This document shows, piece after piece, positions 11,549-21,983 of a stretch of 64,000 nucleotides of DNA. The notes below the pieces were generated by a model. It searched no databases. It was not told the origin of the DNA and saw only the letters and a list, made by a program, of their open reading frames with translations. Position 1 is the first letter of the stretch, and each line of letters opens with the position of its first letter. Both the position numbers and the translations under genes were made by a program. This stretch comes from Antedon mediterranea (taxonomy: Eukaryota; Animalia; Echinodermata), in the NCBI RefSeq assembly GCF_964355755.1, contig NC_092673.1, positions 32,919,648 to 32,983,647 on the forward strand, in the 5' to 3' direction.

Positions 11549-13473
11549 CTAATTGTTAACCGAGGACTTGCAGTCCGCACATCGATATAAGTCGATGTCC
11601 AAGGCCTCAGATGGTGCAATATTCACACATGCACCATGGTACCACACCTCGCAATAGTCACATTGTATCATAAATGAGCCGGCCCAGGGCTGGCGACATA
11701 GACAATACAACGGTCCTGCATCCGGATCTGTAGGTGGAGAGAGAGGGGGTAAATGAAAATCAGCCAGCCATTTGGGAAGTTGTCGATCCCGACAGGGCTT
11801 CAGCTTATCATGATTTAACACCACCGTCTTATTTCTCAGCTGCACCTGAAATAAACAAGAACTAATAACGTTAGTAATAATACCGGGCCCCTTCCAGGGG
11901 GGACACAATTTCTTGCACTTTTTCTGAGGGGTAGCGTTGTCAAGAACGTAGACCTTGTCCCCGCATTGGTATGGACGTTCCAGCACTCGAAGATCATAGT
12001 CCCGTTTCATTCTCTTCTGAGTCTGCTTTAGCGTATCCCTAGCGATGCCATGGGCATCACGGGTCGCTTTCACCAAATCTGCAACGTAGATAGCGGCTTC
12101 CTGCTCACCAGTGGACCGGCATTCTCCGAACATGAGATCAGCTGGTAAATTAACCTCTCGGCCCAGCATCAGCATGTTTTGAGTAAAACCAGTCGAGCGG
12201 TTCACCGTGGCGCGTAGTGCACCAGCAATCTGCGGGAGATAGACATCCCAGTCTCGTTGTCTCTTCCCAACGAAGCATCGTACAGCATCCATAAGTGTGC
12301 GATTAAATCGCTCTACTTGACCATTAGCCGACGGTCGGTAGCTTGTCGTCCGGGTCTTGTGGATCTGTAAAACTTTACATAAAGATGCAAACAATTCACT
12401 CTCAAAATTTCTTCCCTGGTCTGAGTGTAACTGAAAAGGTACACCGAATCTAGAGAAGAAGTCCCTTACTAGGGCTCTAGCGGTTACCTCCGCAACCTGA
12501 GACGGGAGCGGGCTGATCTCAACCCATTTTGTGAATTGGTCGACCATCATAAGAACGTAAATATTCCCCTGTTCAGTTTTTGGTAACGGGCCGAGGAAAT
12601 CGATATGTACGCGTTCCATGGGAACGCCGGCCTGGAATTCAGTCAACCGGTGTCGACCTTGCCGAGTAGCCTTCTTGCTTCTATTACAAATATTGCAAGT
12701 CTGTACATACCTCTGTATATCCCCGCCCATACCGTACCAGAAAAACTTCTCCTTCAATCGGAACTTGGTCCGGGCGACCCCTTGATGACCCGCCGACGGC
12801 AAATCATGATGTAACCGCAACCAGTCCAGAACAGGTGCCAAGTCAGGATCACTCGTTTGATGTTGCCGTAGCTCATCCAGTGAGTAACCCCAACACTCGG
12901 CTCCCTTCGGCCGTAGCTGTACTGCAGCCACTCGTCCACCATCATCGTCCTGTAGGAAAAAAAACTGAATCGTACCGTTAGTAGCAGTCCGTGATACCTC
13001 TATACTTACTTGTCCCCCGGGGTCCCAAGGAACATCGTCCCCTGGCAGAGTACCCTCCAGGTGGTCCACGGCTACCTGTTGTACGTGCGCGATGGGCACA
13101 ACGTCGTCCACTTCATCCCGGAACGCTGACCATCTCGCATCCGCTCGTTGACAGTACGAACAGCCCCCACAGGGAAGCCCTTCAAGCGCAGGCCGTTCGT
13201 GGCTACTGTCATGAGTTTCTGGTCGGCGAGAAAGAGCATCGGCGTTGCCATGGTGTTGCCCTCGGCGGTGTTCAATCAGCAGGTGGTACTGGCTCAACTC
13301 CTCGATCTACCGAGCGAGTTGCCCCTGTGGCTGCTTGAAGTTGAGGAGCCAGGTCAGGCTGTTGTGATCAGTCCGCACTCTAAAAGGTCTGCCTAGAAGG
13401 TAGTGCCTAAAATGCCTTGTCATGAACACAATTGCTAGCAACTCCTTGCGTGTAGTGCAATAGTTCCGTTGTT
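11549..13473 (-). pseudogene. pol: Gypsy pol 3' part: RNase H C-half, integrase (HHCC, DDE, GPY/F) and C-terminal PHD finger
   Basis: RNase H motifs YCTTRKELLAIV and TDHNSL, with a premature TAG at 13307-13309. Integrase motifs H-x6-H...CNIC, HIDFLGP, HSDQGRNFES, NGQVERFNRTL and WKGPGII. PHD finger LYCLC...CDYC..WYHGAC...CADC at 11570-11710. Confidence 0.93.
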
Positions 13474-15745
13474 TTTTTTTTTTTTCTCTTTCGTGGGGGT
13501 CACCCACATTTATTCATTCCTTTTACAAATATATATTACATAACATACATACATTTTTATAAAATAAAGAACAATAAAATGCAACATAACAGCTAAAAAG
13601 GCACTATATCTATACATGTACATAAAATCGATGGAGTAAAAGTATGCTTTAAAAACGTACATTTTATGTTTATTGCAAGTTATAGTAAAAGTACAACTAT
13701 TTATCATTTAAATTTACTTTATATTAAGAAATGTATTAAAAAGTAGCTGTTTCTTTTATTATATCTTAAATCAGTACTCACAATTTGTTTCTTTATTTCT
13801 TTTGACCTTATATTACATCCGTTACAAATATATACACACATACACACATTAATATACCTATTTACATTTACGAATCAGTTTAATATAGTTATTATAAACA
13901 CATTATATGCTACTTTTTATGTTTTGGCCTTGTTTAACATTTGTTTCATTCCACTATTTCTATTCCTTTAAAGTTCTTTTCTTACTATGTTGGCCCTTTA
14001 CATTTACCAGTTTGTTTACTTATATGCTTGACCGTGTGTTTCAGTCTATGTTTTACCCTAATACATTTATTTCTATCATGTATTAGTTTTAGTATAAGTC
14101 TAGGTGTTAGTTTTACACTACAGCTTGTACTAGTTTTATATTTTTCTTATTTTATGAATTCTAATAATTTAATTTTAGCATCATTCCATTTTATAACTGC
14201 TTTATACTGATTACATGCGTATTCATTTTCTATAAGATTTTTTAATTCAAACTTAAACATATTCAAGATACTTTTTGATTCGTTACCCATCATGTTATCT
14301 AATAAACTAAGCCTTATGCGGGATTTGTATATACAAAACGTAAAGATAGATGTTAGCTCATTTACAAGTTTATCTTTGGAACCAGTAACTATATCAAACC
14401 AATGTATTGGCGTTTCATTGGGAAAACATTCAACAATAAGATTATTGAATTTCCTCCAAACTGGCTTAATCACTTTACACTTAAGTAACATATGTTCTTC
14501 GTTTTCTATCACATTCTTACATCTATCGCAAATATTAGTTTTAGACAATTTCCAAATATGTAATCTTTTATTACAAACAAGTATGCGATGTAAAAGTTTA
14601 AAATTGAATTGCGCAACTTTTACCATATGTTTCATATCTTTGACTTTATTATTCCATATTTTGTTCCATACCATAGTCTTATTTAAAAACTCTGCTTCCC
14701 ATTTTACTTGGGAGATTGGCACTGTCTTTAGTTCAAATATAAACTTATCATAAAAACCTGTTTTAACATTTGATTTGAATAATTCATTTTTAATATCAAC
14801 ATTAACTTGTTCTTTCTCTAATCTATGTCGTGCCAATACTTCCTTCCATTCAATAGGAATAGCATTCATGAGCTTGAAGTATTCTATTATCCCATTATGC
14901 TTTACTAATAACGTGGGAATTAAATCTCTAAGACTTACAATTGTGTTATTGACCAAAATGTCACCAATTGTTTTATAGCCCGACTTTAACCAATCTTTGA
15001 AGTATAAAGACTTTCCGTCTGACAGTATATGTTTATTTTCCCACAAGGTTTGAGATTTAATTTCCTGTACATTTTGAGGATCTAACATTTCAATATTATT
15101 TATTTTCACAATTGCATTAATCATATTTAAATAAAATTCAGGCATAATTTGTAATTGTTTATGCTCTTCAAAATTAAGCCTACTTATCTCTAATGTACAT
15201 TCTATAGGGTACATGTAATATTTTGGAATACATTTCCACTTGCCTGGGTCTGGGCTAAGTAGTCTCTTAACCCAGTTTAGCTTTAACGAGTTCACAACTA
15301 CATAAAAATCAATCATATTAACCCCTCCTTCTTCTATTTTATTTATAAGTGTTTTCCTCTTAATCTTTTCTTTTTTATTTCCCCATAGGAATCTATACAG
15401 TAACTTCTCTACCATTGGAAATACATGTTTTGGTACATTGATAATACTAGCATTGTATATTAATTTTGAAATTGCTAGACTTTTAATTATTATCATTTTT
15501 CCAAAGAAGGTAAGGTGTCGTTTTTCCCATAGCCTTAAAGTATGTTCTAACTCCATAATTTTATCATCCCAGTTTTTTTTTCCACAAACACCTTTTTTAC
15601 AGCCTACATAAATTCCGAGGAATTTCACTGGCTCTTTCGTCCAAGTGATACCACAAGGGGTTGCTAGGTTATTCTGAATTGATCCAATCCAGATTCCTTT
15701 ACATTTTCCTTTATTTAGCTTCAACCCTGAAATATTACAAAATGC
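13474..15745 (-). mobile_element. 5'-truncated L1/Tx1-clade LINE (copy C), inserted in the Gypsy RNase H
   Basis: Open ORF2 C-terminus at 14147-15745 (ISGLKLNKGKC...CDRCKNVIENEEHMLLKC) with poly(A) at 13474-13485. A 12-bp TSD agttccgttgtt lies at 13462-13473 and 15746-15757. Removing the insert restores LTHEQRN|YCTTRKE. Confidence 0.93.
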
Positions 15746-17900
15746 AGTTCCGTTGTTCATGAGTTAGACGAGCACTTGCGTATGCAATTACCTTCTTCTT
15801 ACCTTCCTGCACCTGGAGCAGCTCGCCTCCTAGCGCTTGATCCGAAGCGTCGACATCCAGAATAAATTCATCAGTCCCGTTCGGCAAGGCGAGTAGAGGA
15901 GGTTGAACGAGAGCAGCTTTCAGGTCGGTGAACGCTTGTTGTTGTTCCTCACCCCAGTGAAACTTCACCTCTTTTTTAGTGAGTTCATATAAAGGTGCAG
16001 CTAAACCAGCAAAGTTCTCAATGAACTCTCTATGGTAATTAGCCAACCCCAAGAACTGCTGTACTTCTCTCAGATTGGTAGGTGTCGGCCAGTCTTGAAC
16101 AGCCTTTATATCCGAATCGGACACCGCCACCGTATCCTCCCCAACGATTCGCCCTAAAAATTCAACCTGTTTCTGAAAGAAAACACACTTTTTAGGTTTA
16201 AGTTTAAAGTTGTTAACACGAAATCGCTGCAGAACCTGAGAGAGGTTGCTGAGATGATCTTCAAACGTTTTACCTAGCACGACAATATCATCGAGAAATG
16301 CCAATACCGTATCCCACGCCAATCCCCGCAGCACCAAACCCATGGCACGAGAGAAGGTTGCAGGACAATTGGTAAGACCAAATGGCATTTTCACGAATTC
16401 ATACAGGCCATGCTTGGTGATAAACGCTGTCTTCTTACGGTCTTCATCTTTCATCTTAATCTGCCAGTACCCCCAAATCGCGTCCAGTTTAGAAAACCAG
16501 ATATTCCCCGACAGTGTGTCAAGGCAATCACGAATCAGAGGTAATGGATACGCATCTTTAGTCGTGATGTTGTTGAGAGCTCGATAGTCAATGCAAAAGC
16601 GCACAGAACCATCGCGCTTCCGGACCAACACAGGCGGTGACGCCCATTCGGACATGGATGGTTGAATAACACCAGCCTCCAACATCTTCTTTATCTCCTT
16701 TTCCTCCTCCCCCACAAAGCGCAGAGGAGTATGGCGGAGCCGTTGCCTGATTGGTGAGGCATCTCCAGTGTCGATGCTGTGTTCAATATCACCAAAGGTG
16801 CCAATGTCGAACTGATGAGCGGCGAAGACATCCTGGTAATCAACCAATAGTTTAGTGAGCGCGTCAGCCTCTTCACTTGAGAGATTAGATCTCGAAGAGT
16901 CCAACATGCCCACTAGGTGCGCCGGCACCCCCTCAGGTTGGTCACCGTCATCGCCCCCTTGATTCGACAAAGCATCCTCGGACGGAGTCACCCCCGTCTG
17001 GAACACACTCACCCCTTCAGCTTCCCTGGCCGTACCTATCTGTCTACCCTTTTTCATAGTAAGGTAGTGATCAGATGTGTTGATGACACAGATGCATGGC
17101 GCATCAGTGCGTAGATGTAAAGTTGCCGGTATTGCCACATCGTCAGTAGTTGGAACTGGCTCTATAAAGAAATCAGGCATACATAAATTGTTAGTCACAA
17201 GTTTACATTTAACATGAGCGGCTGAGTGAGGAGGAATTACTCTCCGTTTAGCCACCGTTACCTGGGCAACCCTAGGTTCCACCGGTGAATCCCCTCTTAG
17301 AGATATGGTACTGCCCCCAATTGCCAAAAGCAAATGTCCACAATCGATAACGGCTCCCTGTGGATGAAGAAAATCACCACCCAAGAGCATATCGTCATTG
17401 ATGGGGGCAACATAAAAGAACTCATGGTACTCTTTGGTTCCCAATGTAAACTGTAGCGGCCCCACCTTCGACCCTGGCATAGATGTCCCCCTCTCTGCCA
17501 AAGTAAAGGACAGGGTGGACACCACAGGTGGTGCCGGATCTAGACTTTTATAAACCTTATCGGATAGTATGGTAAAATCCGCTGCAGTATCCACGACTGC
17601 GTGAATTTTGGTACCATTGACAAAGGCAGTTGCATGCAACGCATTCAACGATTTTACCCTATTGATAACAATCCGGGTTTGAGTCTCTTCAGTTTTGGTT
17701 GTCGTCGGTGTAGATGATTCAATCAGCCCTGAGCTAATCGCAGATGGCTCAATGATCGTCACAGAATCCGGTGCTACCCCCTCTGTATTTACAGGCTTGG
17801 CCATCGGGCCTAGCTTGGGGATAGTCGACGAACCATCTTCTTTCTGGCCAGCTTCCGGAACCGGGTTAGGTCGTCGGCCCTCTGACCCAACCCTTACTCG
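15746..17900 (-). CDS. pol: Gypsy pol 5' part: aspartic protease, reverse transcriptase and RNase H N-half (in the -1 frame relative to gag; interrupted by L1 copy C)
   Basis: Motifs AVVDTAA, LLGGDFL, WASPPVLVRKRDGSVRFCIDYRALN, MPFGLTNCPATF, AFLDDIVV and FILDVDAS. The frame is open from 17900. Confidence 0.93.
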
Positions 17901-17906
17901 TTTAAC
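17863..17906 (-). promoter_or_regulatory. Predicted -1 ribosomal frameshift signal (G_UUA_AAC plus 10-bp stem)
   Basis: Heptamer at 17906-17900, a 6-nt spacer, and GGGTTGGGTC pairing with GACCTAACCC. pol is in the -1 frame. Confidence 0.8.
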
Positions 17907-19705
17907 GGATCCGGCTCATTGCCACTAACCTGACGCAAACGGCTCGCTAATCTTGGACACTCCCTGCAGAAGTGTCCCACCTCCTTACATTCAAAGCAAG
18001 CCAGTTCGCCTGGTCTCAGGAAACGCATGAGCTGATCCAATTGATTCCGCATGGCGGCAATCTCCGTGTTCACGGTGTTCTCCACCCGTCCCAGATTGGT
18101 ATTCAACGTCTGGAAATTACCCTCCACAGTAGCCAAACGGGCCTCCGTAGTAGGAGTATTGTTGGTGGGTGGCACCGACGTCACAGTTCGAGGCTGGTTC
18201 TGGCAGTCAGTAGGTGCGGGTTCCGGAGGAACCCAAGCCTGTGCTGGCCTTTGAAACGTTACACGGTTTCCCCTCATAGGCCTCCCTCGCACCTGCTGAA
18301 TGGACACCTCATCGCCAGTTTCACCCTCGGTATCGTCCTGGTCTTCTGAAGGTAGCTGAAAAGATAGTGGGGGTGCAAAAGAAGTACGGACCGTGGACCT
18401 AACATGAGGTTTCACGGTATCCTTAACCTTACTCTTACGTTTACTATATAGCCCCCTATAACTATCATATTTTTCAAACTCCCTAATAGCTCTGGGAATA
18501 GTTGAACAGTGCTTGTGCATGACGTGCCTACCTACTTCTGCATCCCTGCACCCAATACAAAACCTAACTACGGCCTGCTCTTGGATCCACTCCTTGGGCA
18601 AATCCTTAAACGCCTTTCTAGTCAAGGTTAGCACTCTATCTCCCCATTCTTCTATAGTCTCTCCCTCGTTTTGCGTAGCAGTCTCTAATTTAGCTTGGAG
18701 GACCGCCGCCCCGTCTAAACACCAAGTAAGGACGTCCTTACTTTCACGGTTTGTGAGTTCCTGCTCCTCTATAAATGAAGCCAACCGCCGCTTAAAAAAG
18801 GACCAGTTGTCTCCCCTCCCCCTAAACGTTAGAGACCTAGGTATATCTTTTTTACGCATCCTCCTACGTTCTAAAAAACCCTGCCGGCCTTCATAGTGCC
18901 TGATTCTTGGGGTAGCCCTAAGACACTCCACTGCTGTCCTAGCCCCTGCACTATGTCTATCCGACTGTCTATCCGACTCTCTACTCCTGCTACTATTAGT
19001 ATCAGCACCATCCCCACTAAGGTCACTATCGCTGGCCGATGGAGATCGCCGGCGAGCCCTAGTTTTAGACCTAGCGGTTTTAGATAGTCTCCTGGGGAGT
19101 CTTTCCTCCTCGTCCTCCCTAGAGCTAAAACACGAGTCTAAGGTTATCGGAGATTGCTTTTTGATGTAGCTTCTACGTTGTGTTGACCTATTCTTACTCC
19201 TATCCTGGTCAGAACGCCCAGCGAAGGTGGATGGCGTATAAGCCCCAAGCCCACCTTCGAGATAACGAGGATCACTAGCAGGTCCTGTAGTATAATACGT
19301 ACCTGGTACGTCTAATAAAGGAGTAGCCTGGGGCGATGAGAGGACGTGGTATCGACCACTATGGCCCCCGTCATTTTTCCCCCGATATGCCCCTTCCATA
19401 CCTACAGATTGTGAGACCTGCGACCCCTTTCTGGCCGCTCTATTTTGCTTCTCCACTAGAGGTGACACATTATCAATCATCTGGCCTACGCCTCCCCCTA
19501 AACTCGGATTCGGCTGAAAATCCAGGTAGTCCACCAACCTGGCAGTACCAGCTACTCCGTGTATCTGATTAATATTAGAGGGCGTAATGTTGCCATGGGT
19601 AGCCCGCCATTTAATTATTCTAGTTGCTCGTTTCTTCCCTACATTAGGGACTCCATGAAGATCTTGCACTGGGCAAAAGTTAACTAGAACCTTATTAGAC
19701 GACAT
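17894..19705 (-). CDS. gag: Gypsy Gag (603 aa) with N-terminal HhH-like motif, capsid-like region, coiled coil and CCHC knuckle
   Basis: Motifs LTFRGRGDNWSFFKRR, QNEGETIEEWGDRV, VVRFCIG and CFECKEVGHFCREC. It lies between the PBS and pol. Confidence 0.9.
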   Translation of the reverse strand: MSSNKVLVNFCPVQDLHGVPNVGKKRATRIIKWRATHGNITPSNINQIHGVAGTARLVDYLDFQPNPSLGGGVGQMIDNVSPLVEKQNRAARKGSQVSQSVGMEGAYRGKNDGGHSGRYHVLSSPQATPLLDVPGTYYTTGPASDPRYLEGGLGAYTPSTFAGRSDQDRSKNRSTQRRSYIKKQSPITLDSCFSSREDEEERLPRRLSKTARSKTRARRRSPSASDSDLSGDGADTNSSRSRESDRQSDRHSAGARTAVECLRATPRIRHYEGRQGFLERRRMRKKDIPRSLTFRGRGDNWSFFKRRLASFIEEQELTNRESKDVLTWCLDGAAVLQAKLETATQNEGETIEEWGDRVLTLTRKAFKDLPKEWIQEQAVVRFCIGCRDAEVGRHVMHKHCSTIPRAIREFEKYDSYRGLYSKRKSKVKDTVKPHVRSTVRTSFAPPLSFQLPSEDQDDTEGETGDEVSIQQVRGRPMRGNRVTFQRPAQAWVPPEPAPTDCQNQPRTVTSVPPTNNTPTTEARLATVEGNFQTLNTNLGRVENTVNTEIAAMRNQLDQLMRFLRPGELACFECKEVGHFCRECPRLASRLRQVSGNEPDPLNE

Positions 19706-20516
19706 GATCTAAAAATCGTCTCTCTTCTATTGGGTTGTTATGCTCCTAAATCTAGTTACAGTGTATGGCAGATGTTATTAAGCAAAGAGTACGATACAAA
19801 TTAAAATACCGCCAGACGTAATAAAAATTACAGGCCCAACAGTAGAATAAAATATCGTCAATGCAGTAACACACACACAATATTGCAAAATGGTTGTTGG
19901 AGATGCAAATATAATAAAATATTCCACCAGCAAACCTGCAATGAGAAACAACTAGATAATTCAAAAAGACGTCAATACAGTTTAACAACACTTACCACTA
20001 AACCTTCCCCCGATGCAAAGAAAGGAGAGCGATAATGCCACTGTGAGGTTAACACAATAATACGCACAGCCAGTATAATTTCTAAAGATGAAAAACCTGA
20101 CTGACGGACGAAAAGGATGTTATCAATAAAAAACAATCAAATTTAAAATTAGTGGTGCCACTCAGTTCAACGGCCACGCCTAGTATCCCACCAGGTGATA
20201 CGGCCTAGTAAACTGCCCACTAATCCTTCAACTATAGCAAAATAAATACAACTCCCGGTACGCATCGACTACCCCGTCGATACGCTAATCAGCAAGTATC
20301 CAAATGCCACAATACTGCGTGATTAACTTTACCGGTATGTTGTAATCTTCAATAAAGATATCGACTTCAATAAACTAACAAATTCACCGTAAGTACAATA
20401 AGTTAATAGTTTCAGCAGAGGACGAAATACCTCGCAATCAACCCGATCACGTTAAGAATGCCAGCTGGCAATCAAGGCACCCGCCTCCCCACCAAAAAAA
20501 AGATTTCCGAGCTTTT

Positions 20517-20529
20517 GCTCGCAGCGCCA
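20517..20529 (-). other. Primer binding site, probably tRNA-Ser (TGGCGCTGCGAGC)
   Basis: Begins TGG 1 nt after the 5' LTR and is complementary to a ...GCUCGCAGCG-CCA 3' end resembling metazoan tRNA-Ser(CGA/UGA). Confidence 0.75.
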
Positions 20530-20530
20530 A

Positions 20531-20828
20531 TGTTGTGATTTTAGGTCGGTGCTGGAATGGCCTGATAATGAAAGCTACTAGGCTTACCTTAACAGTCCCG
20601 CTTGTCCTAAATCACACAAGTATCCGGAAGCAGTAAATCCAAATATCTTGGTCAATTCCGGTTGCGTCCGTTTCTCCTTGGTTCCTGCTTCGAATAGAAC
20701 GGTTCGGCCGGCGTCGAGGCCCCACGTTAACATTTGCATACCCCCTGTATGCAAATCAAGCTATCGGGGCGACGCCCTCGTTCGGTCGGAGGGGTGGTCT
20801 GTTTACCCAGCGGGCGCCGTTCACAACA
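20531..20828 (-). repeat. 5' LTR (298 bp)
   Basis: Direct repeat of 11019-11316. Confidence 0.96.
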
Positions 20829-20960
20829 AGTTACTGATAATTGAAAGCCATTATTACATAATTATTATGTTGCATGAAATTTGAAAATGTCGTTAATTTG
20901 ATGAGATAATTTGATTAAGAACAGAGGAAAGTACAGTACTTATCTCTTAGTTGATACATT

Positions 20961-21929
20961 TCACAGAAGGCGGAGGAGATCAGATTCAGATTTGACGATG
21001 ACTTTCTGTTTGTTTTTCTTCAATAGACAGTAAATGTTACCGTCTATGGACCAAGCAGATTCAATGTTGTCATGGAGGTTAGCCTTACGGAGAAGATCTA
21101 GACGCTTGGATGTAAGGTTTTCGGTTACTAGGTATCCAGAGTGCTTTAATGATCTTTTTTTGCGGAAGACCTCAGAGCGCGTGCGATAGGATGTAAATTT
21201 GATGATTATTGGCCTGGGTTTGGATTTGGCTGCAGATTGGCCATGATGTATCCTTTTCCTCCCAAGTCTATGTGATCGATCAATATCGCATAATTCAATG
21301 TTATCCGTTATTTTTTACTTTAATATATCAAGCGCCAGGTTGTCAGTTTCTTCGATTGATGATTCTTGGACACCGTGTAGCAAGAGGCAGTTCCTTCTAC
21401 TGTATTGCTCAAGATCGTCTATTTTATTACTAAGTGAGTTGTTTACAGCAGTTAGTGTGTTATTATGTTCTTTTAAGACTGCAATGTCGCCAGCTGTGGA
21501 CTCGTAGTCAAGGGCAACGCTATTGTAAACAGATTCACTTACTTTTTCACAGATAGATTTGCTAATAGCCGAAATTAGTGTTTTATTTTCACTTACTGCA
21601 TTTACAATCTTGTTGAAAAGTATTGGTGATGATAAAATATGGTTGCTTATGGATGAAGCCACTATCAAGATAAGCTGAGGGTCGTCGGCTAATAGGTTTT
21701 GAAGTTGGCCTAGCCCTTCCGGCGACGATGACATTGTAGGCTGGGACTCCTCCGAAGTAGCTGATTTAGTCGGCGTCAGCAGTTCCGGGTTAGTTTTATC
21801 TTCCGGGCCTGGGCCTACAGGTTTTAGCCCCGTCTTTTCGGCTGATTTGTCTGTGCTACGTTTAAGTTTTGATGATCTCGTGGACATTATTGTAGTTGAA
21901 TAATAACTAGATTGCAATTTAGATACCAA
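20961..21929 (-). pseudogene. L2/CR1 ORF1 (coiled coil, RRM-like and CTD type), frameshifted near 21310
   Basis: Motifs KIDDLEQYSRRNCLLLHGVQES, IDRSHRLG, RPIIIKFTSYRTR, LVTENLT and AWSIDGNIY. Confidence 0.85.
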
Positions 21930-21983
21930 TGTTGAATCTAAGGTGCAATTAATGAGACTTGAGTGAAGAGTTCAATCAACACA

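Larger units (their letters stand above)
11019..20828 (-). mobile_element. Ty3/Gypsy LTR retrotransposon (HhH-Gag; PR-RT-RH-IN-PHD)
   Basis: Two 298-bp LTRs, PBS, PPT, gag with CCHC, and pol in PR-RT-RH-IN order. The flanks ACTT and AGTT suggest a 4-bp TSD with one mismatch. Confidence 0.96.
584..21980 (-). mobile_element. L2/CR1-group non-LTR retrotransposon (LINE), decayed; host of all nested insertions in 1440-20828
   Basis: Colinear minus-strand parts are ORF1 (20961-21929), APE endonuclease (9874-10621), and RT C-terminus (9015-9166 plus 852-1439). The RT pieces rejoin as NYNISINN|HDIPSVQSATFLGVHLD once the L1 insertion is removed. A 3' UTR with AATAAA and a (TTGAA)n tail lies at 584-615. 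The 5' boundary is approximate. Confidence 0.85.

Noticed and set aside
11549-11710. PHD finger as an exon of a host chromatin gene
   Set aside because: It is in frame with integrase, lies inside the LTRs and has no flanking splice structure or other host exons.
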